A DNA stretch of 64,000 nt, from positions 41,292,001-41,356,000 of the forward strand of contig CM060731.1 of assembly GCA_030704615.1 (NCBI GenBank), in the 5' to 3' direction. Position 1 is the stretch's first letter. Every line of letters begins with the position of its first letter. The notes under the pieces are model-generated. The model ran no database searches. It was given only the letters and a program-made list of their open reading frames with translations, and was not told where the DNA came from. Source of the DNA: Takakia lepidozioides (taxonomy: Eukaryota > Plantae > Bryophyta). The position numbers and the translations under genes were made by a program. Shown here one piece after another: positions 49,019 through 63,100 of this stretch.

Positions 49019-49314
49019 GGGTTTGTAGTTGCCACATTCTGTGTGCTGGAGTGTACTAGGGGAGAGTGGGCCTAAGAAGAGAGTCACCGGCCTCCAAAAG
49101 GACAAGAGAACTCTCTTTGGTTGTGTTTTTTGGAAGGACTGAATGGACCTGTACGTAGGCATATATAGATGATAACTGGGGCAAGGAAGTTGGTGACAAT
49201 CAAGTTTCAACACCATCTAGCAGCTACTGTTGTTGTTTCCTTCATGCATTTCTGCTTAGCACCTCACCTAAGGTCCAATTTGCTAACATTATGGTTTGCT
49301 GTGCATGGCTTCAG

Positions 49315-49651
<337 letters not shown>

Positions 49652-49917
49652 GTATGCATTGAAGGCCATGGCTGCTGTTCGTTGTCATTGGTACAATTGG
49701 GCTAGGTTACATGCCATTGAGGCATGTAAGATCAAGACGGACTGGCACATTTAAACCATGTTACTCTAGGTCTCAGAATGTTTGTGAAGTGTCATCGATA
49801 AATTCTTTGTGGTTGCACTAGTTGCAAATGTAGTGCTAAGATTCTTGATGGGCTTTGTAATAGGCGTCAGGAATGGAGATTGCACAAACATTATGCAGAC
49901 AGATTTGTCACGCACAC

Positions 49918-50030
49918 TGGTTGAATCAAAGCGACAAACCATCAATGTTGAGGATGTGCTCAAAGCTGTTGAGGAGCTAGACCTCACCAAATTTTGTGAG
50001 CCCTTGAGAGCTTCTTTGGACCTGTGGAAG
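49918..50030 (+). pseudogene. Histone-fold (DPB4/NF-YB-like) gene fragment, copy 2
   Basis: Translates VESKRQTINVEDVLKAVEELDLTKFCEPLRASLD. Confidence 0.7.
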
Positions 50031-50899
50031 TTTCATAGGGGAATTGATTTCTTTGACAATGGCAATGGTGTCTGTTCATTCTGAAGTCATGAAGTCATCT
50101 CTTGAGCATTATTCAGCTTGTGGTGTAGTTAACAATTCAACACAAATTGGACAACATTGTTTGGACCCACGGTGGTTTCATTAGGGAATGCCCTCTTTCA
50201 AAACGACATGTTGTCCATCCCTGCATCTTCATTGTATATAAGGTCTTCTTGTACATCATCCAGTTTATGAGGGTGAGGTTGACAAAGTTAGACCAAGTTT
50301 GGACTTCCGACATTATTTTGAACAATTCTTAAGATCAACATGCTCTAGAAAGTTGTATGTACTCAAGGCAGTTGTGTGGGCAGCACTGCTGAGGCATGTG
50401 ATTGATGCTAGCACTTATCTGGTATGGCTGTGTGTATGGTGGGGTCTGTTTAGGTGTCAGTGGGACTATAGTATTATATGTTTGCTTTTGCATTTACGGG
50501 GTCAGATGAATTAGAGAGGAGAGGAGACATAGTCACATCAATGAATAGCCTCAACAACACCAAAAAGCAATAGGTGACGCAAAAGTAAACTATGGATTTA
50601 CAGACTGTTGCAAGGTATCCAGGTATAAAATAGTGGTCTTACCTCCGAATCGCCCCCGGAAGTTGGTGGTTTAGGCTTTTATTATCTTCATCCCTACAAT
50701 TTGACCAACCTACGACAGAATTGATGACAGTTCTTAAAACCACCTGAGAGCGACAGCTCACAAATCAAGCCTCTTAATAGTGATAGGAGAAAATAACCTC
50801 TTCCACAACAACCTCACCACAAAGGCATCTAAATAGCAGGATTTGACCCCAGAACCATCAAATGGCACTCAGTGTTCTTGATTTTCTTGAACTTCTTGA

Positions 50900-51190
50900 A
50901 CTGCAGGAGAGAAGGAGTGAGAGACATTGCAAGGAAAGCCTTTTTTGAGCGGAACAGGAGAGAAGGAGAGAGAGACATTACAAGCAAAGCCTTGTTTGCG
51001 AGGAACAGGAGAGAAGGAAAGAGAGACGTTGTTTGCTTGCCATAGCCTTGTTTGAGCGGAACAGGAGAGAAGGAGAGAGAGACATTACAAGCAAAGCCTT
51101 GTTTGCGAGGAACAGGAAAGAAGGAAAGAGAGACGTTGTTTGCTTGCCATAGCCTTGTTTGAGCGGAACAGGAGAGAAGGAGAGAAATAC
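50900..51190. repeat. Minisatellite with alternating ~50/55-bp units (about 105-bp higher-order period)
   Basis: gccttgtttg(a/c)g(c/a)ggaacaggagagaagga.agagagac alternates with attacaagcaaa or gttgtttgcttgccata. Confidence 0.85.
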
Positions 51191-52379
51191 GTTGTGTACC
51201 TACTATAATTCTATTTGGGAGGATCAGGCGTGAATAGCTCTGTGCCCAGGTTACAACAATACTGTAATGACAGAGGAGGAATGAGAATAGCACATAAGAG
51301 CCTTAGTGAACATAGGAATGACAGTGAAAAGAATTATGTAGTCTCAATTGAGATCTAGACAGGTTATACTGTACATGGTTCAATTGTTTTTCTAGAGACA
51401 GACAGACACACCTTTCTTGCCTAATTTCCAGTAGCTCCCTCCCCAATACTTCCTTGTGCTTGGCCACAAAGCGAAGATGGAAGCTTTGAACCTATAGGAA
51501 GGTTTCTCTTTATCGTGACACGACGTGTTTGTTGAAATAGTTTTATTGTTAGTAGTCCTTAGCACTTGTACTTGCTGACAATTTTCGTTTCGTCTTGTAC
51601 AGACGTTGAAGGACCATCAAGAATCTATTGTCATTACTTACGTATACACACGGACATTGTAAGAATTAACTTGTAGAGGTATTCCCTGATGGTCCTGACC
51701 ACTCTCGTTAGTTTTTGCATTTTTTGAATTCTTTAATGGCCAGACTTGTATTGCACATAGTCATATTAGACACATGCGAATATCTTTGTAGAGCTCAATA
51801 CAATGTTACAAGCATTTCTGAAACTCAATTGAACACAACATAACTCACCATAACTTAAGCTTAACAACAAACAATATTCAGCTATACAAATTATCCTTCC
51901 TTAATCAGATTTTTTTGGTGTTTTAATGTCAAAGGTTTGAAAGCTTAAGTAACCTTAGCGCTGCCACCCTCGACAAAGGCCCCAGCTATGAACAGCAAGT
52001 CCTGGTATACTTGGATAGTATAGGCTTCTTCGATTGCATCAACTTTAACCCTCCATATATTGTCATTATCGCACCTGTCACTACATTTATTTCCTGTCAC
52101 AGTAAATTGATGAAGGCTTTTGAGTGCAAGAACACATTGGATCAACACTCAATCGGAAATTGCCCAGTGTTTGTGAGCAGGGGGATAACAGCCCTACAGC
52201 TGGTATCTTAGGGTGTCTAGTATTAGACATGTGATCATAGAACATGCTTAAGAAAATACATTAGGACTTGATCAGAGGTCAAGTCTGTTGTCAGGGCCCA
52301 GGCCTGCGCAAACAAGTCACAACTTAGTCCGTAGCAATTTATTTATGAATCTATGCATTCAACAATGCATTCTTTTATC

Positions 52380-54762
52380 TTTCTCCATCATCCCCGAGAA
52401 AGGTGCAAGAAACTCTCTTTCGCATTCGAAACCACGCTGAATCCACCATGCCCAAGGGCACATAGTACCCAACAATCACAATGATAGTGGCGTGTAAGAG
52501 GGTAGTCACGCTACCGTGTGGGAATGGTGGCGAAGTTTTACGAGTGTCGGAAACGCCCAACCCCGTGGGAGGGCAAATAAACCTTATGTCAGCAAGGGAG
52601 TGGGCCGTGGAGGAGTCACATGAGCCCCCAGTTTTTGCTTTATGTAAGACAAGTGAAGGGAGAAGGCGATGGGGAGCCGAGCCCAGATTGGATCAAGGGG
52701 ATTTTGGAGATATACCAGGATGTGATGCCGGAGGATTTACCAAGCGGCTTGCCACCGCGAAGAGGAGTTGACCACAAGATTGAGGTGATACCGGGATCGG
52801 AGCCGCCTGCCAAGGCGTCCTACCGGTTGAGCCACAGAGAGTTGGTTGAGCTGAAGACTCAGCTCAAGGATCTAATGTCAAAGGGGTACATCCGGCCGAG
52901 TAAGTCACCTTACGGAGCCCCGGTGCTATTCGCAGACAAGAAGGATATGACGCTGCGGATGTGTGTCGATTACAGGGCTCTACATAAGGTGACTATCAAA
53001 AACCGGTACCATTTGCCAAGGATCGACGACCTCTTTGATCGGTTGGCAGGAGCGAAGTATTTCAGTCGGATCGATTTGCGCTCCGGCTACCATCAAATTC
53101 GAGTGGCGGAAGGAGACGAAGACAAGACCACGTGCAGGACAAGGTATGGTTCATATGAGTTTTTGGTGATGCCTTTTGGGCTCACCAACGCACCCGCGAC
53201 CTTTAGCACGCTAATGAACAGCCTTTTCCAAAAGTGGTTGGATGACTTTGTGATCGTGTACATCGACGATATCTTGGTGTACTCGAAAACAAAGGAAGAG
53301 CACCTGCAGTACCTAAAAAGGGTGTTCCAGAAATTGCGGAAAGGGAAGCTGTATGCCAAAGCTTCAAAGTGCGAATTCAGGGTCACGAAAGTGGAGTTCT
53401 TGGGGCATGTGATTACACAGGATGGGATCAAAATGGATGACAGAAAGGTGAGGGCGATTTTGGACTGGGAGCCTCCGACTTCGGTCCCGGGAGTGCGATC
53501 CTTCCTAGGACTCGCCTCCTATTACCGGAAGTATGTGAGAAATTTCGCCAAGATCGCGGGGCCGCTGTCAGACCTCCTGTGTAAATCCAAAGTTTGGGTA
53601 TGGAACACCTTTTGTGGCCAAGCTTTTGTCGAGTTGAAGCAGCGGATGGCGGAAGCTCCAGTCCTCAAAATTTCGGAGTTCGACCGTCCATTTGAGATCC
53701 ATACAGATGCGTCGGACTTCGCAATTGGGGGTGTACTCATGCAGGATGAACGTCCAGTGGCTTACAAAAGTAAGAAACTGAATGAAGTGGAGCGACGGTG
53801 GCCTACGCATGAGAAAGAAATGAAGGCGATGGTGCATTGCCTTGGGCTTTGGCGCCACTATATTAGTTCCAACCCGGTGAAGGTGCTCACGGACAATGTC
53901 ACGGTGAAGTATTTTGCCACGCAGCCTAAGTTGTCCCCAAAACAAATTAGGTGGCAAGACACTTTGGCACTGTTTGAAGTGGATATCCAGTACAAACCGG
54001 GACGAGACAATGTGGTGACCGATGCTTTAAGTAGAAAGCAGCAGTTCATGATGGTGTACAGGGGCGAAACGACGCTCCAAAGGAAGATCCGGAAGGCTTA
54101 CCAGAAGGATGAGATGGCGAAGTCCGTGATGCGGGACTTGAGGATGGGGGTTCAATCGCAGTTCCACTTGCAAAATGGACTGCTCCGGTACAAGCAAAAG
54201 CGTCTCTACGTGCCGAAGGGAGGGATCAGAGATAGTCTCTTAAGAGAATGCCATGATGGTCCGCTTGCGGGCCACGGCGGAGCCAAGCGCACCGCGGCAC
54301 TCTTGAAGAAAGAGTATTTCTAGCCCAAACTGAGGGAGGAGGCCGAGGAGTATGTCAAGACATGCTCCACATGCCAACAAAACCGGAGCGAGTACAAAAA
54401 GCAAGCGGGGCTGTTACAACCCTTGCCGATTCCAGAAGGGTCTTGGGAAAGTGTCTCGATGGATTTCATAACTGCTATGCCGCTGTCAAAAGAATTTGAT
54501 GCAATCATGGTGGTGGTGGATAGGTTCAATAAAATGGGCCATTTCATCCCCACCAAGGAGACGGCAACGGCACAGGAGACGGGGCGACTTTACTTCGCCC
54601 ACGTCTTCAAGCATCATGGACTCCCGAAGGATATTGTCTCGGACCGCGATCCAAAGTTTACGAGTAAATTTTGGAGGGCACTTTGGAAGAAGATGGGGAC
54701 GAGGCTCAAGATGAGCACCGCCTTCCGACCTACGACGGACGGCCAAACGGAAAGGGTGAATT
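52380..54762 (+). mobile_element. Truncated Ty3/gypsy pol (RT-RNase H-integrase)
   Basis: [48 protein letters not shown]. In-frame stop at 54321; breaks off at TDGQTERVN. Confidence 0.92.
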
Positions 54763-55210
54763 CTGTGGTGAAGCAGATCCAGAGACCTTCTTGTACAAGC
54801 TCAGGGGTGAAGCCACTAGTCTAAGTGTAAGAGTATGATGGTGGCTTCTATGGTTGTAAGGAGAGCTTTAGTTTTAGCTTTAGTCTAAGACTTTAGTTCT
54901 TGTTCATGTTCTTGCTCAATTTTAACATGGTATCAGAGCCATTATTCTCTAGGTAAGAGTTGGTAGTTGAGATTGAGAGAACTTGATTATGGCTGGAGCA
55001 TCGTCTTCTAGCAATTCTCCTTCTATATCTATGACGAGTGCATTGAATTAGATATGAGAGTGGAAGATCGATTCAATGGAGCTAACTATCAAACCTGGAA
55101 GTTTAGGATGGAGATGGTCCTTCTAGACAAAGATCTATGGGGAGTGGTTGATGGATTAGTCCCAAGACCTGACACTATTGTTGGCCAAGCCATATGGGAT
55201 ATGAAAGATC
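54763..55210 (+). mobile_element. Ty1/copia 5' fragment: LTR end, PBS (54928-54939), gag N-terminus
   Basis: ...ttttaaCA TGGTATCAGAGC followed by RFNGANYQTWKFRMEMVLLDKDLWGVVDG. Confidence 0.85.
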
Positions 55211-55529
55211 ACGGAGGGAGATGTTTGTCCATGTTTGTGCATGCGATTCTCTTAACTCTATTGGGACACATGCGACCCTCAAGGCGCGTTTCACCCATTG
55301 GAACATTGCAGATTTAGCCTGCGGTTGCCCATTTTTTTTTTGTGGATGGGTGACCGCCAGCTAAACCTGATGGTCCCAGTTTACTATTAACAACTATATC
55401 GAAACTTTATTACTGAAATCAGATAATTGTGATGTGAGCTAAGCATGCATAAAAAGGAAAAAAATACCCGGATTTAAAAAAAAAATCTTTCAAGGTTTTT
55501 TTTCTAAAAGCAAGTGAGCTAATGATACG

Positions 55530-55762
55530 GGACATGTATGAAGGGAGTGTTCGACAGTATGGCTGAACCAGATGTGGTGTCGTGGAGTGCGATGATTGCA
55601 GGATATGCACAGCAAGGGTGCGGGATGGAGGCTTTGGAGACCTATAAGCAAATGTTGCGCGAAGGGGGTGAAGCCCAACCACATCACGTTTGTTTGCATT
55701 TGCAATGCGTGTGCAAGCCTGGCAGCCCTGGAAAAGTAAAAAGATGTCCATGGTGACATTAT
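55530..55762 (+). pseudogene. Isolated PLS-PPR fragment (partial S, P, partial L) closely related to the 8492-11140 gene
   Basis: KGVFDSMAEPDVVSWSAMIAGYAQQGCGMEALETYKQMLREG(+1)VKPNHITFVCICNACASLAALEK*. It carries an internal deletion, a frameshift and a stop. Confidence 0.9.
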
Positions 55763-56102
55763 CTTTTCTCTATCTTACTCCACCCCTAGCCCCCTGTGCA
55801 TCTATATTACGGACTTATATAGTGAACTGTGTATTACGGAGTTATATAATGAACTGCCTTGTGTTCTGACCGTAGCACAAAAATAGGGTTGGGTCATACC
55901 ACTCAAACGCACTTACATAACCAGTAGATTCAGATGACTGTTATTTCCCAGGTTTGTAAGTTAACTGTGGGCTTGATGTTTGATTGTCAAGTTCCCCTGC
56001 GTAATCATTGTAGCATCTCCAGTACCACAAGTAATAAGACCAGAATTTTTAGCTCTACAGTGAATTTCAATCGTTCCTTATGACCCCAACCTTCCTGTGC
56101 AG

Positions 56103-56497
56103 GTATTTGGAAAGACTGGAGGGAAACGATGTCATTGTCAATAGCAATGAAACTCTTCAAGAATTTCTCGATGCTCATGGCTACTCCAAGAAGTTCTGCG
56201 AGTGCTACCTGGTAACAATTGGGCCCATGTCATTGAATATTGCTTCCATATAGTATGCAGTGTTACAGACCAGTTTCACATTTACCAGGATGTATTACGA
56301 CTCACTTGTCAGGTTTCCAAGCAAGGACTCTTGGGAGGAGTTGTGCTTTTGTTTTGAATGAGTTTCTCTTACTGTCAATATGTGGGGGAAGACAGGTGCC
56401 TGTGTGTGCCTCAATATGGTCATGCCCATCAGAGACTGTAATGGGGTTTTCAGCTGCCAACATTCTCACATTCTGCCGTAATCACCACCTACTACAG
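56103..56497 (+). pseudogene. Fragment of the FAD/amine-oxidase-like domain of plant cyclopropane fatty-acyl synthase, 2 exons with intron
   Basis: YLERLEGNDV..NETLQEFLDAHGYSKKFCECYL|VPVCASIWSCPSETVMGFSAANILTFCRNHHLLQ with GT-AG borders. No other exons found nearby. Confidence 0.75.
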
Positions 56498-56559
56498 GTA
56501 TGGCCTGTATGATTTTGGCTCAGCTTTGGGATGCTATGTTACAGTTGAATGATCTACAA

Positions 56560-58650
56560 GTTTTTTTTTTTGTTTTCTAATTCTGTCTCGTCGCCCTTGA
56601 TTCCGTCTTTAACCATCCTCTCTTGTTTTTCCTTCGTGTGTTCAAATAAAGTTCTCTTTTCCTGGGGTGTTTGGAGTTTTTAGGCCTAAACTCACAATGA
56701 GGAGAGTCCTTTGATACCGTCAGGAGCCAGGGGAGTACCACAGACACATGGATGGAAAGTGGGGTGGCACAGAGGTACAAAGGGGAAAGAGAGCCTAGGT
56801 GGCAGTACTTCATGTGATGCGCCCCACAAAAATTGGATGTAAATTGGACCGTGGTGAGTCCCAAGACTCCCCACGACTCCCACCACTAGGTCTCCGCCCC
56901 ATGGTGAGTCCTATGCCACCCCTCACTAAGTCCCACTAAGCTACCACCACCCCTTGTGGAGCCACCCCCACCGCAACCCGGTGTGCGGGGCTCCACCTAG
57001 TGAGCGCCTCCGCTTCATTGAGTGCCTTGGGCACTCAAGGGTGCTTCAGCCCCCCGTACCTATTGCTGCCACCGCCCCCACCACATGGGCAGCCCCTCTG
57101 CGTCCCGACCCCCTGCCCTCAAGGCAAATGGTCGCGATACACACCCCTACCAACAGGGAGTCAATGTCCTCATCGACTTGTCTATTTTGTAGGAACGAAC
57201 ATCCAAGTTGTGGCGTCCCACATCAAGGAGTGTGTTTTCGCACCATGGCGTCCCATGACAAAGAACCAAACCCCACACTTGACTCTACTCTCCACTAGCT
57301 AGTTCGGCCGACTTCCTCCAAGTCCCGGCCGAGGGTGGAGCCTCTCAAGCTCCTCCCAGTGCACTCTTCTTGGCCCACTTCAAGGCCAAGGAACGATCCT
57401 CCCCGAGGATCGAATCGCCTTACTGCAACAACATTTTCTTGCGACTGCTCGTGATGCCACTTTTTTTGGCATTACCTTGAGCAAGGGTTTACCTTGAACC
57501 CTTTTTTACTAGGAAGATAACCTTGAACCAACCATACGCCCCAATCACTACAATTGGGTCCGCCTTGGAATGCTGGCCTGAGGTACAGGAACACTCCGAA
57601 GCCGCACTACAACTTCGTCCCGAGGCTACACGATTATAGTACGTGAACGGAAGCACGTAGCTTCCGCGTTAGCCCGCACTACAAGACAACCCCCTCGGTA
57701 GCGCAGTTATAGTACGCGCACGCGCCATGTGCGCACTAGCACGTGAACTCCCAAAGAAGGCGCAAGTTTTCTTGCCCCTTGGGTGGGAGTCACCCGATTT
57801 CGGCACTGCGCAAACACACGATTAACCCAATTTACCTCTCCTGCTTTTGTAAGCTAGCATGCATTCTACACACTAGCCAACCATATCATGCATCACCATT
57901 CCAAACAAAATAGGACGCACAACATTTGGAAACCATTTCATTTATAACAAAATTTGTACAATACAAGTTTTTGCAATCGGATTCCTGAGCTAGCTAAGCC
58001 GGGCTAAGCATGCATTTCCTCCCCCACGCTCCTAGGTTGATGTCTCCATCAACGCTTCTTCCACTTTTGAGGTCGCCCTTCGAAAGCTGCAACCGCCTCG
58101 GATGCGTTCCCCATTTCTGAGGCACGTACCCAAAATGCCTCCACATGATAATAGCCCTTCCATTTCACGAGATACTCCGTTTCTCGATTCTTGAACCTCC
58201 TCGATTTAAGCACTGCCTCCACCTTGTACTCAGGTTCATTTTCATGATCCAACAGCACAGGTGGCGGATGCAACACTTGATGCCGATTCGGACGCGCTTC
58301 ATTTTTGAAGTAAGGCTTCAAAATGGAGACGTGGAATACCGGATGCACCTTGCTGTTTGCCGGCAGCTCCAATTCATACACATCCTCATTCATAACTTTC
58401 CGGATGCGAAAGGGTCCCGCATACGAAGGTACGAACTTCGAACTCACTTCCGGAGGTAGTCAAAAATTCTTGATGTTCAACCAGATCTCCGTGCCTGCCT
58501 CAAATTTAACCTCCCTCCGCTTTCGATTCGCCTGCCGTTCATACCGTTTCCTAGCTTTGGCAATGTTGTACTTTGCGAGCTTCAACAAACGCTCGCGTTC
58601 TTCCAGCACTGCCGCTGCTACCGGTTCCTCAACGTCTTGGGCGGCCTAAC
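56560..58650 (-). mobile_element. 3' end of a chromovirus-type gypsy element (integrase C-terminus + chromodomain, PPT-like tract, probable LTR)
   Basis: YAGPFRIRKV..VHPVFHVSILKPY..EYLVKWKGY (58049-58447) and a purine tract GGAGCGTGGGGGAGG near 58020. LTR limits are uncertain. Confidence 0.75.
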
Positions 58651-60126
58651 TTGTCGACACCAGAGGTGCTTTTCCATAAACCAATACGAAGAGGGAAACT
58701 CCCGTTGCGGAATGTTTTGTGTTATTATAACAGAGATCTGCCGCATCCAAGTGCTCCACCCAGTACAATTGGTCTGCCGACACGTAATTCCACAAAAAAC
58801 GAAAGCTTTTAGTGATCATGTCTCTTTGGGGCGCATTAGGTTCATTTCAACACTCATCGATCAAAGAAGTTCAAAAATACTTCAAAATCCTCATCTGCCT
58901 CATACTCTGGGAAGGCTGCTTGTGATTCTGTTTGGTGGACTCGGTCTTAAACCTTGGGGTGCTTCTGGCTGATGTCGACTTAGAAACAGTTGCATGAGGA
59001 CCGGACAATTGGATAGTGCATTCATTGCCTCACACAGGCCTTGCACATTGATTGCCTCGGCGTTGCTTATAGGAGCTTCGGTCAAATCTGGCTCTTCCTG
59101 TGATGGCTTACCTTCCATCACGGATGTCGTATCCCGAGACAATGACTCACACATAGATTTAGGTACCTCTTGTTCACTCCTTACTGTGGGCTCTGATTCA
59201 TTCTCAACATCTTCTAAGATTTTCAATGAATCTAGGTCCAGGCGAGACCACGTATTGATGGGCATTAATGCTCGCAGACTGACTCTCTCTAGGATAGATT
59301 TACCTTCCCACGACAGATTATAGCTGCAAATCCCAATTCGCAACACAGTAGTAGGAGCTGATGTAGCACTGCTTGTGTATAAGATACACAGCTTCGCCCA
59401 AAAAGTGCCACAAGTTGGCATCCACTTTGAGCCAAAACACAACACACACCACTGATCGTACCAATTTCTCCTTTGCGATCAAGGTATGCTCGGTAATCCA
59501 CAAAGCGATCTCCTAACCCTCTCCGCTCTAAAGTTGGAACCCGGAAATACACCCTCTGAGTGTTTTAACTTACCGACTGCCAGCCCTGCCAGCTCTTCCC
59601 AACTTGAATCAGCATTGTGTTGTGGCGGCTTCCATTTTGGACAGAGATTTGCTCAACCAAGGAGCTATCACCCTTGAGAAACCACCTGCGCCGTGTGTCG
59701 GGTTTGCCAGAAAACTTAAAACCACCTAGTTCAGTAGCGATTTCACCCACAATGGTGAATAGTGGTACACCCAACTCGGCCCAACTCAGCCTCTCGCCTC
59801 TCAACAACCTCTCCTTCGCCTCACACAAAGACAACTTGCTAGCAATCTCCGAGGACTTTATTCAACCCTCCATCTACACCAATATTCCTGTTCCTATGGT
59901 AGATACCACTCCTCTGCAGGTATTGTAACGTATATGGGGGTAGCTCGTAGATTTAGTGCTTAGCCAGCAATACGGAATCTATCGCCGAGGCCCAGGATCT
60001 TCAATCGTAATAACACTTGAGATCATTCGTTCATCCATAATCCATTTGCAATCATCACAAGGACTCTGAACACCAAGGTACACAATTAAGCACACATACA
60101 ACAATTGCGGCTACTGATGCCTTACA

Positions 60127-63100
60127 CTACTCTGCTTGCGAAGAGATTTTAGATGGGATGTTCAACTTGAGTTCATTCACATATGCGTTTAAATTCCTGT
60201 TGGAGGATCCTCCATCAGCAAAGGCTGTCCATGCCGCGTCTCCCATAGCTTGCATCCTGCTTCTGATGACCAGTCCTTCATCCTCTCTCATCAGAACCCT
60301 CACTGCCCTCTCAATTTCTGCCTTCTCATACAATCCACTCTCTCCCTGTTGCATCTCCATTCCCAGTTTTGCTGTATCCACAAGAAATCTGTAGCACATG
60401 AAAGTGTATCATCAAACCAGTCAAAAAGTACTTCAATGCAACACTGGGTTTCATAATTGACAAACGTCTACTCTCTTCACACCGTTAATTCTCCCCTCTG
60501 GGAAATAGGAATGTGCATTTATTCTGATGACATGAGTAGTTGCTAAAAGTTTGTTAAATAGCAAACACTCCAGCCAAAGGTTCCTTCCCCAATCATGTCA
60601 CAACACATCCCACCTACTTAGCCCAGCAGCAAGTGAGCATGACTCAAACCCCCCTTATTTCCCATAGAGAAGAAGACAACCTCTCGAGTAAATCTGGTGC
60701 TGATTTCTGCTCACCCAAATTTGAGTTCAAAATAAGCTATCAATAACACTACAGTTTGCTAGTAGGAATATGCTAGTACATAACAAAGGCCAAGATAACC
60801 AACCATGCTTTCCATTCGGACCATGTCAACAAAAGGGACACCAACAATTTCAAACCCTTGCCTTCCTTGGGTTGACCAAAATCTTAGGGAGGTCAAGTTT
60901 TGCCCCCTTCCTCTTGATCCACACAATGTCGGGGAATTCTGGATTACCTGTTTTCAACATTGAAGGCTACAAGTGGTAGGGGAAGCATTACAACAAACTT
61001 TTCTTTCTTTCTTCCATTTTGTCCCATAAGCTCTATGAGCTTTCCGCAGACGTTATAAAGCACCATTTCATTTCATTCATTTTTTTTTTTCCCACTACAA
61101 GTTCCCCATCCACAGTTGACCTAATGTGCTATACCCAGCCACCTCTCTCCACTCTCTCTCGGAGGCGTTCAGCCATAGGATCCAAATGTTCTACTTTATC
61201 CCACAGGCCCTCTGGCTGTCCCTTGGATGCACTAGATTTCTCTTACTTTCTCTGTCTAGTCAGAGTGGAAGGTGATGTGCATACCTCAGTGTAGGTTACG
61301 GAAACAAACCAGAAGATTTGAAGCTTTGGCCAAGAGGCACGTGAATCTAACCTGGCATTCATATGCTGCTCTGCCGCCAGTGGCCACGTGAGCAGTGGGA
61401 CACCTGCACAGATACTTTCCAGTGTAGAATTCCAGCCACAGTGTGTAAGGAAGCCACCAACGGCTGGGTGGCTAAGAATTTGCTGCTGGGGTGCCCAACC
61501 AGAGTAAATTAAACCATGGTCCTTCACACGCTCCTCAAAACCTGGAGTGGAGGCCACTCACTCATGAGCTAACCCATGCCCTACTAAGAAACACTGCTAC
61601 TGGCCACACAAATCCTGGCTAACTAACTGCCATGCACCAGAATATATGGTACAGTAGACTTTTTAAGTATTATATCCATCGAACCAACGATTTCGCTTCA
61701 TGGTTGATAGTCGCCCTGTGTCGATGCAGACTAAACTAGTCACCACTGGCATCCTCAAAAGCAGCAGGAACAATTGTCATCCTTCCCCAAGAGGAGCACA
61801 GTCAATGTGTATACAATGACCAAGGGATTGTCCCACTCAGTACATCAATGGGAGCATTCCTTCAAATATAACTGGTACTAACATGTGAATGTTCTGTCCC
61901 TGTTTGTGACTTATAAGTTTGTCAGATGTAAAATCGTAAGTCGTTGTCCAGGATTACGGCCCATTCTGACCTGGAGGGAGCAATTCAGAGACCGATGGCG
62001 GCAACTCTGAAGCCGAGGGGGGAGCTGCATTGGGGGGCCGTAGGATCCACAAGAAAGGTTGCTCGCTAGCCTCAAGCCCCTGTGCCAGCTCAAGGATTTG
62101 TGGTCCTGTCAATCCTCCTGGCTCACTTCCAAATGAAATGTACACAACTGAAGAAGGAACCTGTGTGTTTAACCATAGCAAACATGGGTCACTCCGAGTT
62201 TCTTCTCCTTGTACAATGTCCAGATCGCACTTTTTGTGGCTTTGGAAGGCTTGCCGTTCTGTCAGAAGCAACGGACCAATGGGCAAAACAGATCGAGCCT
62301 GCACATAGCACCTGCAACTCAGAACTAATAAACAAAGCAGCCTGTCCCCCATGCTGGAGCATCCAACATGAGAAGAGCGTGAACCTTTTGTTCCACATGT
62401 ACCAAGCAATGTGACCACCGAACATTATGACATGTTTTTGTTCTTAACCAACACAATATGGTGTTGCTCTCGAACTTCTTGGAAGTGGTGATTTTCAGTC
62501 ATCTCTAGGCAGTCCTAACAATGTCAACTCAAGATTACTGAGAGGGTATCAAATTATTCCTGGCAATCTCTTTTTGAGAGACACCCCTGCATCTGAGAGC
62601 CTGCTGCCCGGCAGATCGACACCTTCACTAGTAGTTGGTCTAGTGTATCCAGGGAGTTTGGGAATACTTGATGCCTCTGAAACAGGCCACCAAGCACCTC
62701 AACCATAAATCAATCCAGCTCGCAAGGGCGGCTTCAAATGCACTCATGATCAGCATTTGTGATTAAGGGGAGGGTTATATCAGTGCCCTCATTTTAACAG
62801 TTTTTTTTTTTTTTAAAGAGATGATCTTGGGACCAAAATGTAATTTTTGTAGGTGATGCCACGGCGCATTGCAGCTAAACCTGATTGGCCAATGTGGCAA
62901 TGTTTGGCCACCCAAAAACTAGTTTTCTCAGGATGAACCCACGATCCAATTCTCCCCCCATATCCACAGGTGAACAAAATTATTTTGTGAATGCAATCAC
63001 AATCATGTGCATGCAACAAACTTGACAAGCCAAAAACTACACCAAAAGTCAAAAACTACAACCAAGGAAAGTGTCTGACCTTCACACTCGGTGTGCCAAT

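Noticed and set aside
50900-51190. CRISPR-like repeat/spacer pattern
   Set aside because: Spacers are short and recur alternately, no cas genes are present, and the context is eukaryotic. It is a minisatellite.
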